Origin: a virus
Taxonomy: Duplodnaviria; Caudoviricetes
Strand: one strand, 5' to 3'
DNA length: 36,009 nt
IMG/VR virus record: IMGVR_UViG_3300032216_001733
Span: 1-36,009 of that record
In this document: one piece after another, positions 28,191 through 36,009 of the stretch
Layout: each line of letters starts with the position of its first letter
Position numbering within the stretch: the stretch's first letter is position 1
Position numbers and translations under genes: made by a program
The notes under the pieces: generated by a model
What the model was told of the DNA's origin: nothing
Databases searched by the model: none
What the model saw: only the letters and a program-made list of their open reading frames with translations

Positions 28191-28376
28191 ATGTTACATA
28201 CAGTAGAAGAAGCACAAATTTTGCGTGGAATTGATGAAATTTTCTTCAATTTGCGTCATGTACCAGTCGATGATGTTGCTTATCATCTTGTAAAGTTCGA
28301 TCCGAAGCTTGCCGACAAGTTAGCCGCTGCGATTGAGCAGAATTTTTTTGAAAAAGAGGCAAAAAATCATGTATGA
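28191..28376 (+). CDS. Hypothetical protein
   Basis: RBS AGGTG; 61 aa. Confidence 0.6.
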   Translation: MLHTVEEAQILRGIDEIFFNLRHVPVDDVAYHLVKFDPKLADKLAAAIEQNFFEKEAKNHV

Positions 28377-28530
28377 AGAAGAATATAACTTGTGGATGAG
28401 CGCTAAAGCAGAAGATCCTGAAATTCCTGCGTGGAAAGCACTTGATATTGTTACAAGAAAATGGGCAGTAATGTCTGGTTTCGAAAAAGATCAGCAAAAT
28501 TACGCAAAAATGAAAGAAATGTATGAGTAA
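28369..28530 (+). CDS. Hypothetical protein
   Basis: RBS GAGG, ATG 28369 (MYEEE...). Confidence 0.55.
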   Translation: MYEEEYNLWMSAKAEDPEIPAWKALDIVTRKWAVMSGFEKDQQNYAKMKEMYE

Positions 28531-29188
28531 GATGTTCAAATCTAGTCAACCAATCAAAAATTGCTTATTGTTAGAGTTCAATACGCAAAAAGATTTAGCA
28601 CTAGCCTTCTGCCGTGTTGAAGAATACTACGAAGGTCAACCACAACTGAATAGAAAATATACTTCATTCGTAGATTTTATTGATTTCTTTATGAAAGATG
28701 ATGGCAGTATTAATTATTTCAATTATTGGTCAGGATTTAACATTCCCGGTAATGTTTTTACCGAGTGGTCACAAAAAGAAATGCACGATAAAACAAAATG
28801 GGAATTAGCATTAGCTGATGAAGTTCAAAAGAAACTAAATTTAGAAAAACCATTTTACATTATTGGTGGTAAAAAAGGTGACATGAATGTAATTGACCAT
28901 GAAATTGCTCATGCGCTTTATTACATGAATACTGAATATAAAGATTTAATGGATGCTGCAAATTATCAATTCTATAAAAATCTAAGAATGGAATATTCTA
29001 AGATGGTAAAGAAATTAAAGAAGATGGGTTACGGTGATAATGTCATTAAAGATGAGGTTCAGGCCTATATGTCCACGTCCACCAAAAAAGAATTGGTAGA
29101 GAAATTTGAGTTGGATTTTGTTAAAATTAAAGGCTTCAGAACCCTATACCGTAAAGTGTTGTCCCGGTACAACACATCCAAGAAATAA
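28523..29188 (+). CDS. HExxH zinc-metallopeptidase-like protein
   Basis: HEIAHALY plus downstream DEVQAY. Confidence 0.6.
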   Translation: MSKMFKSSQPIKNCLLLEFNTQKDLALAFCRVEEYYEGQPQLNRKYTSFVDFIDFFMKDDGSINYFNYWSGFNIPGNVFTEWSQKEMHDKTKWELALADEVQKKLNLEKPFYIIGGKKGDMNVIDHEIAHALYYMNTEYKDLMDAANYQFYKNLRMEYSKMVKKLKKMGYGDNVIKDEVQAYMSTSTKKELVEKFELDFVKIKGFRTLYRKVLSRYNTSKK

Positions 29189-29189
29189 C

Positions 29190-29217
29190 TTGACGGCACC
29201 ACGGATTCCTGTATAAT
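29190..29217 (+). promoter_or_regulatory. Sigma70-type early promoter
   Basis: TTGACG, 16 nt, TATAAT; AGGAG RBS follows. Confidence 0.7.
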
Positions 29218-29244
29218 TGTATGTATTGTTAATCAGGAGAGTAT

Positions 29245-31395
29245 ATGCAACTTTTGGAATCTAAATCACTTCTAGCCAAATTGATGGCTACCGAAAATCT
29301 TATAGTTGAACAGCGTAAAGTTCAAACGGCTTCTTTTGATGTAAAGAACCGTGTACTAGTTATTCCACAATTAGACAAAAACATTTCTGGTTATTTGTAT
29401 GATATGTTTGTTGGCCATGAAGTCGGCCATGCTCTATACACTCCTCTCGATGGCATGACTAAAGCATATGAGATGAAAGTTCCACAATCTATTACAAATT
29501 GTGTTGAAGATTCCCGTATTGAAAGAAAAATCAAAAACAAATATCCTGGCATTCGTGCATCTTTTGTTAAAGGTTACAAGGATTTAATTGATAAAGATTT
29601 CTTTGGCACTCAGGGTGTTGATTTGAACACTCTTGGTTTTCTTGACCGTTTGAATATGTTTACAAAAGGTGGTCCTTCACAAGGCATTAAATTTACCGAT
29701 GTAGAACGTGAATTAGTTGAACTTGTGGAATCTACCGAAACTTATGATGAAGTCATTGAAGTTTCCAAGAAAATTGCTGCATATGTCAAAGCTGAAAAAG
29801 AAGCCAAACGTCAAAAGATGGCTGAAGAAGGCGTTGAAGAAGATGAAGAATTAGATGAATTTGAAGAACACGATTTTGATGAAGATGATGAAAACGGTGA
29901 ATTTGGTTATAATGATTTTGACGGTGAAGATGGTGAAGAATCTGAAACTGACTTATCAAAAGAAGGTGAAGGTTCTGAAGATGAAGATGAAGATGAATCA
30001 GGTGAAGATGATGATAAAAAATCAGGAAGTACCAATGGCACATCTAGTGGCCGTCCAAGTTCACAAGATGATGAAATTCGTTCTTTGACTGATGATGCTT
30101 ACAAACAAAACGAAAGCAAACTCTTTGAGCAAAATGATTCTGATTACTACTATGGTAACATTCCAAAAATTGATTTAGACAGAGCTATTTTTGATTACAA
30201 AGCACTATATAAAACATACCGTGAAGAAATGGACGGCCGTGATCTTCTCAATGTTGATGATAAACCTTATCAGAAACTCCGTAGTGATGCAAATAAAGTA
30301 GTTTCATATTTGGCTAAAGAATTTGAGTTGCGCAAAAATGCAGATCAAATGAAACGTGCTTCAACAGCTAAGACTGGTGAATTGAACATGAATAAGATTT
30401 TCTCTTATAAGTTCAATGATGATATCTTTAAAAAGATTACAGTTCTACCTGGTGGTAAATCACATGGATTGGTAATGTTTTTGGATTGGTCAGGTTCTAT
30501 GTCCAATCATATTGAAAACACCGTGAAACAATTAATTTCTTTGGTAATGTTTTGTAAGAAGGTAAATATTCCTTACGAAGTGTATGCTTTTACATCTGAG
30601 TATGATACATATAGTCCTACACCTAAGAAAGGTGACATTGCATTAGGTGAATTTAGATTGTTGAATGTACTTTCTAGTAGAATGTCTGCTGTTGAGTTTA
30701 GTTTTGCAGCAAAAACATTGGTGAATATTTCGCTTTCTCGTTATTGTTATTCCCGTATTTTTTCTATGGGTGGAACACCGTTGAATGAAGCAGTTATTTC
30801 AGCAATGCAAATTGTACCAGAATTTCAAAAGAGATTTAAATTACAAGTTGTAAATACTATCTTCTTGACAGATGGTGAAGGTCATCGTATTAACAAAGTA
30901 TATTACGAAACTCAACATGGATTACATACATATGTTGGCGATCCTTTACAGACTTCTAGAAGTTTTAATGCACCACAACCAAAATTGATTGCTCGTGATA
31001 CTGAAACAAAAAATCAGGTCATAGTTAATCAGTATAAAAATACGGCTAGTTACCTTGAGTTGTTAAAAGCTAGAACAAATTGTAACATTGTGGGATTTTA
31101 TGTTTTATCTGGTCGTGAATTTACCAGAGCTGCATATGGTCTAGTACCTAAGGCTGCTGACCTTGATGCCTTGAGAATTCAATTCCGTAAGGAAAAATCT
31201 CTTGTTATCACTTCAGCAGGTTTTGATGAATATTACCTACTCCGTTCTGAAGCATTAGATACGGATGATGATGTAGAATTTTCTGTAAAAGAGAATGCAA
31301 CCACCCGTGGTTTAGTAAGTGCGTTTAGTAAGTATACTAAGAACCGTTTAATGAACCGTGTTATTTTAAATCGATTTATAGGAATGATAGCATGA
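29245..31395 (+). CDS. Metallopeptidase-like/vWA (CobT-like) protein
   Basis: HEVGHALYTP, N.VED.RIE, acidic linker, MIDAS DWSGS, GGTPL, LTDGE. Confidence 0.8.
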   Translation: MQLLESKSLLAKLMATENLIVEQRKVQTASFDVKNRVLVIPQLDKNISGYLYDMFVGHEVGHALYTPLDGMTKAYEMKVPQSITNCVEDSRIERKIKNKYPGIRASFVKGYKDLIDKDFFGTQGVDLNTLGFLDRLNMFTKGGPSQGIKFTDVERELVELVESTETYDEVIEVSKKIAAYVKAEKEAKRQKMAEEGVEEDEELDEFEEHDFDEDDENGEFGYNDFDGEDGEESETDLSKEGEGSEDEDEDESGEDDDKKSGSTNGTSSGRPSSQDDEIRSLTDDAYKQNESKLFEQNDSDYYYGNIPKIDLDRAIFDYKALYKTYREEMDGRDLLNVDDKPYQKLRSDANKVVSYLAKEFELRKNADQMKRASTAKTGELNMNKIFSYKFNDDIFKKITVLPGGKSHGLVMFLDWSGSMSNHIENTVKQLISLVMFCKKVNIPYEVYAFTSEYDTYSPTPKKGDIALGEFRLLNVLSSRMSAVEFSFAAKTLVNISLSRYCYSRIFSMGGTPLNEAVISAMQIVPEFQKRFKLQVVNTIFLTDGEGHRINKVYYETQHGLHTYVGDPLQTSRSFNAPQPKLIARDTETKNQVIVNQYKNTASYLELLKARTNCNIVGFYVLSGREFTRAAYGLVPKAADLDALRIQFRKEKSLVITSAGFDEYYLLRSEALDTDDDVEFSVKENATTRGLVSAFSKYTKNRLMNRVILNRFIGMIA

Positions 31396-31637
31396 TTAAG
31401 GAAGAACTTGTAACTTTTGTAGGTGATGCAGGACAGCGTCAATCTGAATTGTCTTGTTTAACTAGTGCCATGAGCCCACCGCTTTGGATTGTAGATTTTA
31501 AAAAAAATAACGAATGTTTTATGACTAGATATTATAATACTGAGTCTGAAGCACAAACTATTGCTGAAAAATATGCCTACCAAGGAGTTGTAGATGAGCC
31601 AAGTAATAAGGTGTTGTTGAACGAAAATGGGCAATAA
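31392..31637 (+). CDS. Hypothetical protein
   Basis: Coupled ORF, RBS AGGA. Confidence 0.55.
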   Translation: MIKEELVTFVGDAGQRQSELSCLTSAMSPPLWIVDFKKNNECFMTRYYNTESEAQTIAEKYAYQGVVDEPSNKVLLNENGQ

Positions 31638-31902
31638 TATAGCCGTACCTGAACCTCTTGATCCGAGAAAGATTTATAATGAACTAATTAAGAGATGCAA
31701 ACAGGTACAAGAATGGTATCTGTTTTGTTATGTCGATGAGAGTTGGACAGGCAAAGAAAGGATACCATTCAAATTAAACATTATTAATGGAATTTTTATT
31801 TGTCGTGTTGTTTGTGCCACGCATACTGAAGCACAAAAGATTGTAGCAAATGCATTACCTGTAATTAAATTTATTGATGAACCACCAGATTATGATGAAT
31901 GA
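31627..31902 (+). CDS. Hypothetical protein
   Basis: Overlapping tiled ORF. Confidence 0.55.
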   Translation: MGNNIAVPEPLDPRKIYNELIKRCKQVQEWYLFCYVDESWTGKERIPFKLNIINGIFICRVVCATHTEAQKIVANALPVIKFIDEPPDYDE

Positions 31903-32173
31903 TAAAACAAAAGAAACACTATTAATATTGCAAGAAGAATGTGCTGAAGTAATTCAGGCGGCCTCCAAAGTATTTCGCTTTGGTGAAGAATCTAGATGGC
32001 CAACGGATGATTCTGCTTCAACACATGAATGTCTGGCTATGGAAATTGGTCAAGTATTGGCCATGATTGATATTCTAATTGAAAGCGGTTATATTTCAGA
32101 TGAGGCGGTCAACGCTGCCAGAATACACAAAAAAGAAAAACTAAAGATTTGGTCTAGTATCTATGCCGATTGA
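31892..32173 (+). CDS. MazG-like NTP pyrophosphohydrolase
   Basis: LQEECAEVIQAASK..RFG...EIGQV; ExxD appears as ExxQ. Confidence 0.65.
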   Translation: MMNDKTKETLLILQEECAEVIQAASKVFRFGEESRWPTDDSASTHECLAMEIGQVLAMIDILIESGYISDEAVNAARIHKKEKLKIWSSIYAD

Positions 32174-32318
32174 AGAACTTATTGCACAATTAAAATCCAT
32201 ATGGATTTGGGCGCCAAAACATTCCACGGTCAGATCAAAGATTGCTGAACTGTTACAACGCCTCGGTGCTCAACCACCACAAGAATATACTGAACCACAA
32301 CCACCAATGGAGAATTGA
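32163..32318 (+). CDS. Small hypothetical protein, 51 aa (not in ORF track)
   Basis: MPIEELIAQLKSIWIWAPK...; overlaps the upstream stop. Confidence 0.5.
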   Translation: MPIEELIAQLKSIWIWAPKHSTVRSKIAELLQRLGAQPPQEYTEPQPPMEN

Positions 32319-32320
32319 TT

Positions 32321-32473
32321 ATGGGTAAATTGAAAAGCTTGATTATTGATATTACAGAAGATTATGCTCGGGGAGATTCTACCTTCAAACTAGCGGACAG
32401 GTATGACCTGCCACTAGATGAAGTCGAAGAAATCATAGCAAGATTTTATGATTGTGATGTGGCTTTAATTTAA
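32321..32473 (+). CDS. Small protein, 50 aa, possible HTH (not in ORF track)
   Basis: RBS GGAG; STFKLADRYDLPLDEVEEII resembles a helix-turn-helix. Confidence 0.55.
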   Translation: MGKLKSLIIDITEDYARGDSTFKLADRYDLPLDEVEEIIARFYDCDVALI

Positions 32474-32513
32474 AAAGACCAATTTAGAATAAGTAGATAT
32501 ATACTTAAATCCA

Positions 32514-32660
32514 TTACATACCTCTTATCGAGTAGAAATCACGAACTAGACGCTCCACTTCAACGTGAGTCTGTGGATTGTTGGAACGAACATAATATTC
32601 CAATTGAGAAGTTGTTTTAAGAAAAGATAATGCATTGAAAATTATTTGAAAGAGTTTCAT
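32514..32660 (-). CDS. Small late protein, 48 aa (not in ORF track)
   Basis: MKLFQIIFNALSFLKTTSQLEYYVRSNNPQTHVEVERLVRDFYSIRGM; RBS AAGGA; upstream TATAAATA on the - strand. Confidence 0.7.
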   Translation of the reverse strand: MKLFQIIFNALSFLKTTSQLEYYVRSNNPQTHVEVERLVRDFYSIRGM

Positions 32661-32719
32661 TTTAGTCCTTGTGAGATTTTTTTATTCAACACCAATTGTG
32701 TTAGTGTTAACGATACTAG

Positions 32720-32727
32720 TATTTATA
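32720..32727 (-). promoter_or_regulatory. T4-type late promoter TATAAATA (- strand)
   Basis: + strand reads TATTTATA; 59 nt upstream of the - strand ATG. Confidence 0.7.
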
Positions 32728-32738
32728 CTTATAAGAAA

Positions 32739-32969
32739 ATGAGAAATATATTTTTACCAAAAAAATTTAAAGGTATATTAGGGGACACCATGGTGTTCCT
32801 ATCTCTTTTGGTATTTTTTGGCTTTGTAATAACGATAGGGCTTGACGCAGAGCTCGGTCGTGTGATAAAATATAACTGTGAGATAGCAGAGATATCTCCA
32901 GATTTTACTCCTGCTATGAAACAAGAATGCCGTAAACTTAGAGTACAGAACCAAAGGTATCATACATGA
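32739..32969 (+). CDS. Small membrane-anchored protein
   Basis: TM helix then YNCEIAEISPDF....CRK; start is 32739 or 32790. Confidence 0.6.
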   Translation: MRNIFLPKKFKGILGDTMVFLSLLVFFGFVITIGLDAELGRVIKYNCEIAEISPDFTPAMKQECRKLRVQNQRYHT

Positions 32970-33145
32970 CCACTTTTACTACCGAAGATAGAATATCAGC
33001 AACCGCATTAGGAAGAACCGAGGACTTTACGCTTAGTTCCAATAATACCTTCTCGTCTACAGCAGTTTTTCAAGCGCTTCCGGAAGGACTCGATCCAATA
33101 CCTTACGAAGAAAAATACAAAGAACTACTAAGAAGTTCCTCATAA
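32966..33145 (+). CDS. Small hypothetical protein, 59 aa (not in ORF track)
   Basis: ATGA coupling; MTTFTTEDR... Confidence 0.5.
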   Translation: MTTFTTEDRISATALGRTEDFTLSSNNTFSSTAVFQALPEGLDPIPYEEKYKELLRSSS

Positions 33146-33172
33146 CCCGCAAGAACTACAATATACTATATT

Positions 33173-33544
33173 ATGTTTCTAAATGATCCTCTGATAAATG
33201 CCGAAACTTGGCCGACCTGGCCATCGAAGATTTGCCGTGATTTTGATCCTCGACAGACCGAAATTCAATACTTCTTTCCCCTTACTGAGCAGATTCCGTT
33301 AGCCCTCGATTATACTGGTTGCGAGAAACCGAAACTATCGATACCATTTTCGGGAGTTACAGGAACAACCTTTGCCACTCCCACTTGGTCTACGACCATT
33401 TCTCCCACTCTCTCAGTAGAGATCAAACCACAAAATTCAGTTGGCCAACTCAACATTGGTGGAATTCAGATTGGCATGGAGAAAGAACCGAAATGGTATC
33501 AGAAGGTACTATACAAACTATTAGGATTTAACTGGAAGAAATAA
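33173..33544 (+). CDS. Hypothetical protein
   Basis: 123-aa ORF ending KPKWYQKVLYKLLGFNW-like segment. Confidence 0.55.
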   Translation: MFLNDPLINAETWPTWPSKICRDFDPRQTEIQYFFPLTEQIPLALDYTGCEKPKLSIPFSGVTGTTFATPTWSTTISPTLSVEIKPQNSVGQLNIGGIQIGMEKEPKWYQKVLYKLLGFNWKK

Positions 33545-33729
33545 TGAGTAATTTTCACTTTTTTGATATATCATTCTATCAAATGAATCTCTTTTCTTTT
33601 ATGATGGGAATACTGTGGGCTTTCTTTAACCAGAGTTATTTTGGTAAAAGAATGGCAGAACCACTCTTTCTATACTTTGGTGGTCTAGCCGCTTACTATG
33701 CTTTATTATACCACGGAATTATCAAATGA
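33544..33729 (+). CDS. Small membrane protein
   Basis: Two hydrophobic, aromatic-rich segments. Confidence 0.55.
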   Translation: MSNFHFFDISFYQMNLFSFMMGILWAFFNQSYFGKRMAEPLFLYFGGLAAYYALLYHGIIK

Positions 33730-33959
33730 AAAAATGGATGGAGAAAGAATATTCCCAATGGGTGTACTATGACGATGAGGATGGAAAAATCATTGGTTCT
33801 GTATATAAAGTTGGTAACACTCAAACTATCTGGGGCGCCAAAGTATATCTCAATATAGAAGGTGTACTAGGACAATATATTGATTCTGACTATGCTAAGA
33901 GGTCTGTAGAATATTTCTGGATGGTAGAAGAAAGAAGTGTACTGGAGAATGAATCATGA
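33726..33959 (+). CDS. Hypothetical protein
   Basis: Coupled ORF; LGQYID...AKR.VE motif. Confidence 0.6.
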   Translation: MKKWMEKEYSQWVYYDDEDGKIIGSVYKVGNTQTIWGAKVYLNIEGVLGQYIDSDYAKRSVEYFWMVEERSVLENES

Positions 33960-34507
33960 AAAAATATGCTAAAGGGTTAGGTATACAAACAGATACAGAA
34001 ACTATTAAAGATATTAATAAAGCAGCTTATAAAAAACAAAAAGATACCATTAAACTTAATGATGATTATAGGTCCCACTGCAAAGATACTCCTAATCCTA
34101 TTTCTTTTTTAGAATTTAAAAGTGAATGGTATAAAAAACGTTCTGAAGAAAAAAGAAAGAAATTTCAAAAACCTAGAAGAAATGATAATTTAGATGCTTT
34201 ACTGAAAAGTAAAGAATTGTTAAGTAGTCACCGATCCGAATATGATAAGATATGTAATGAAGATAAACAGTTTAAAAAAACTATGTCTTTCAAAGAATTC
34301 CACAGAAAAAAGGTAGAATTACTATTTGATAGTAATAATGAATATAAACCTCAAAAACAATGGTTATCACCAACTGTATGGGATAAACTGAATAAAGATC
34401 CTGTGTATAGAGCTGCTATAGATTCTCGTAAAGATGACGAAGGTGGATATACTGGTTCTTTAGGTAGAGCATGGGGTTCTCCTAGAGTGCGCTATCCTAG
34501 ACGATAA
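33956..34507 (+). CDS. Basic hypothetical protein
   Basis: RBS GGAG; Lys-rich 183 aa. Confidence 0.6.
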   Translation: MKKYAKGLGIQTDTETIKDINKAAYKKQKDTIKLNDDYRSHCKDTPNPISFLEFKSEWYKKRSEEKRKKFQKPRRNDNLDALLKSKELLSSHRSEYDKICNEDKQFKKTMSFKEFHRKKVELLFDSNNEYKPQKQWLSPTVWDKLNKDPVYRAAIDSRKDDEGGYTGSLGRAWGSPRVRYPRR

Positions 34508-34554
34508 CCTCCTGAAAAAATTCCTGGAACTCGTGGTGCCTCCAGGAAAAAATT
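34508..34554. repeat. Direct plus inverted repeat
   Basis: CCTCC(T/AG)GAAAAAATT twice; TTCCTGGA (34521-34528) and TCCAGGAA (34541-34548) form an 8-bp inverted repeat. Confidence 0.6.
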
Positions 34555-34632
34555 TCGAATCCTCTCGTTCCGGCCCAAAAAATAAAAATTTGATTATTTT
34601 AGTTTGACCTGGAATAGACTTTTTCTTAATAA

Positions 34633-34742
34633 AATCAATAACATAGTGCGTTGCTTTCATACAACAGCTGCGCCAGAAAAGCTGCGCTCAAAATAACACT
34701 ATAAATTACTCAAGTATTATTCTCAATAAAATCAACGACTTA
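34633..34742 (+). promoter_or_regulatory. Two IHF-consensus-like sites
   Basis: AATCAACGACTTA (34730-34742) matches WATCAANNNNTTR exactly; AATCAATAACATA (34633-34645) has one mismatch. Confidence 0.5.
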
Positions 34743-34836
34743 CATGCGTGAAAATATCACTTGACTGATTTCATCAATTCTGTTATACTTATAAAATAGA
34801 AATTTATCGAAAATCGTGCGTTGTTTTATTACAACA
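34646..34836. repeat. Two copies of a 21-nt GTGCGTTG-N8-CAACA element
   Basis: 34646-34666 and 34816-34836, 18/21 identical, flanking the promoter. Confidence 0.7.
34761..34789 (+). promoter_or_regulatory. Sigma70-type early promoter
   Basis: TTGACT, 17 nt, TATACT with extended TG. Confidence 0.8.
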
Positions 34837-34889
34837 CATTATCTCGATATTATATTATTATTATTTTATTATGAAAGTGAATATATTAT

Positions 34890-35285
34890 ATGAATAAAAA
34901 AGAAAATAAATTAATCGATATTCTCGATTATTGTGAATCGATTATCTCTGATACTGAGAATATCGAAGAATTTTTGAATGAAGAATATCTAGATAGTCAA
35001 GAATTTTTTGTTATTCGTCAAAATGCAGAAGATATTCAGTCTATTATCGTATCATATGATATTGATAATAATGAGTCATTATCTGAAGATGATATTCTAG
35101 AAATTGAAGAAAAACGTATTCAAATATATCAATATTCAAAATATATTCTAGAGTCAGTTTTAGAAATTAAAAAATCTAATTCTGATTATAGTAATTTAGA
35201 TGATAATGAGAAATTCGTTATTAAGTGTTTTAAAGATATATCTGAATCAGTAAGTATTATCTCAGACTTAATTGAAAGTGTATAA
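34890..35285 (+). CDS. Acidic hypothetical protein with no Gly, Pro or Trp
   Basis: 131-aa ORF after the promoter; upstream GAAAGTG. Confidence 0.65.
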   Translation: MNKKENKLIDILDYCESIISDTENIEEFLNEEYLDSQEFFVIRQNAEDIQSIIVSYDIDNNESLSEDDILEIEEKRIQIYQYSKYILESVLEIKKSNSDYSNLDDNEKFVIKCFKDISESVSIISDLIESV

Positions 35286-35286
35286 T

Positions 35287-35637
35287 ATGAATAATGATAT
35301 TAAAGCATTATCTAATATGAGTATTACTGAATTAAAACAGTTATTATCATGCGTTAATCAAGATATTAAGAGTATCAAAAAGCGTGAAAATGCATTAAAG
35401 AAAATCGATAATGAAATATCTGAATATGATATTTGCAATGAATATTCTGCTAAATTCAGTAAAACGGTAATAATCGAGAATATTGAGAATAAAAAGATTA
35501 AGCAAGATATTCAGATCCAAAAAGATATTCTCGATTATCTCGCAAGTGGTAAACATATTATCTGCGCAAAACAGAGAAAATCGAAGAAATTCAATTCAGT
35601 ATTATCTTATACTAATAATAAGATAATCAGTATATAA
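35287..35637 (+). CDS. Hypothetical coiled-coil protein
   Basis: ATG 35287 preceded by GAAAGTG. Confidence 0.6.
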   Translation: MNNDIKALSNMSITELKQLLSCVNQDIKSIKKRENALKKIDNEISEYDICNEYSAKFSKTVIIENIENKKIKQDIQIQKDILDYLASGKHIICAKQRKSKKFNSVLSYTNNKIISI

Positions 35638-35678
35638 CTAAAAGTCATGATAAACGATTTCTATATTACTTTAAAATC

Positions 35679-35708
35679 GTTTACAAAGTGGCAAATATGT
35701 AGTAAAAT
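35679..35708 (+). promoter_or_regulatory. Early promoter (T4-early-like GTTTACA)
   Basis: TTTACA, 17 nt, TAAAAT. Confidence 0.65.
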
Positions 35709-35771
35709 GGTTTTTTAATTAAGTGGCAAATTTTGAGTAGTTTTTATATAATTTAAATTAAAGGAAATATT

Positions 35772-35987
35772 ATGTTATTAATCGACACTATTCAAGCATT
35801 ATCATTAAAAGATAAAAGAGCATTAGTTAAAACAATTCGCTCTATTATCTCTGAGGAAGTAAAAGAGCAGAAGGTATTAAAAGTATTTTCTAAAGTCGCA
35901 AAAGAAAATGAGAAAAAAGCGAAAATCGAAGCGCAGATTAAAGCAGCGCAAGAGAAACTTGCCAAATTAACTGCTAAATTAGCATAA
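35772..35987 (+). CDS. Small basic coiled-coil protein
   Basis: RBS AAAGGA; K/A/E-rich. Confidence 0.65.
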   Translation: MLLIDTIQALSLKDKRALVKTIRSIISEEVKEQKVLKVFSKVAKENEKKAKIEAQIKAAQEKLAKLTAKLA

Positions 35988-36009
35988 TCATATAGAGATA
36001 ATGCTTATA

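Noticed and set aside
29820-30075. GAA/GAT-rich repeat-like tract
   Set aside because: It encodes the acidic linker usual in CobT-like vWA proteins; not a DNA repeat element
32646-32738. 5' extension of ORF 32646..32969
   Set aside because: It overlaps the promoter, leader and start of the - strand gene; a start at 32739 or 32790 is more plausible
509-34660. The many minus-strand ORFs in the supplied track
   Set aside because: They lie antisense to well-supported + strand genes, lack RBS or motifs, and have shadow-frame composition
34508-34889. CRISPR mini-array or tRNA in the junction
   Set aside because: The repeats are 21 nt or shorter, imperfect and 97-170 bp apart; no cloverleaf or T-loop seen here or in other gaps
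1-36009. Stop-codon reassignment
   Set aside because: Genes tile densely under the standard code, and TAA, TGA and TAG all end genes at sensible positions

Overview
Part of a large T4-like myovirus genome, probably infecting a Gram-negative host (it has spanins); genes are almost all on the + strand. Left to right: (1) a methyltransferase/glycosyltransferase cluster (11-4751); (2) a late-promoter block of putative head-internal proteins (4875-16321). Several of these start with a T4 IP-type capsid-targeting sequence (MKTFxxFxxE) or carry repeated L/I-x-E prohead-protease-like sites, and they include an RNA-ligase-like enzyme, a PD-(D/E)XK-like nuclease and a HIGH-nucleotidyltransferase/P-loop kinase fusion; (3) an expanded lysis/envelope cassette with overlapping spanins and a GH19 endolysin (16570-19982); (4) primase, nrdA/nrdB, a 2OG-Fe(II) oxygenase, a GIY-YIG nuclease and RNase H; (5) sigma70-driven early genes, including a metallopeptidase-vWA protein and a MazG-like protein, with one hidden minus-strand late gene; (6) a non-coding junction (34508-34889) with IHF-like sites and GTTG-N8-CAAC palindromes, overlapped and followed by a 791-nt stretch (34675-35465) with no GG or CC dinucleotide. 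The strongest leads are the encapsidated enzyme/polyprotein cargo and the GG/CC desert, which may mark the first-injected genome end. Family names come from motif recognition only; no searches were run.
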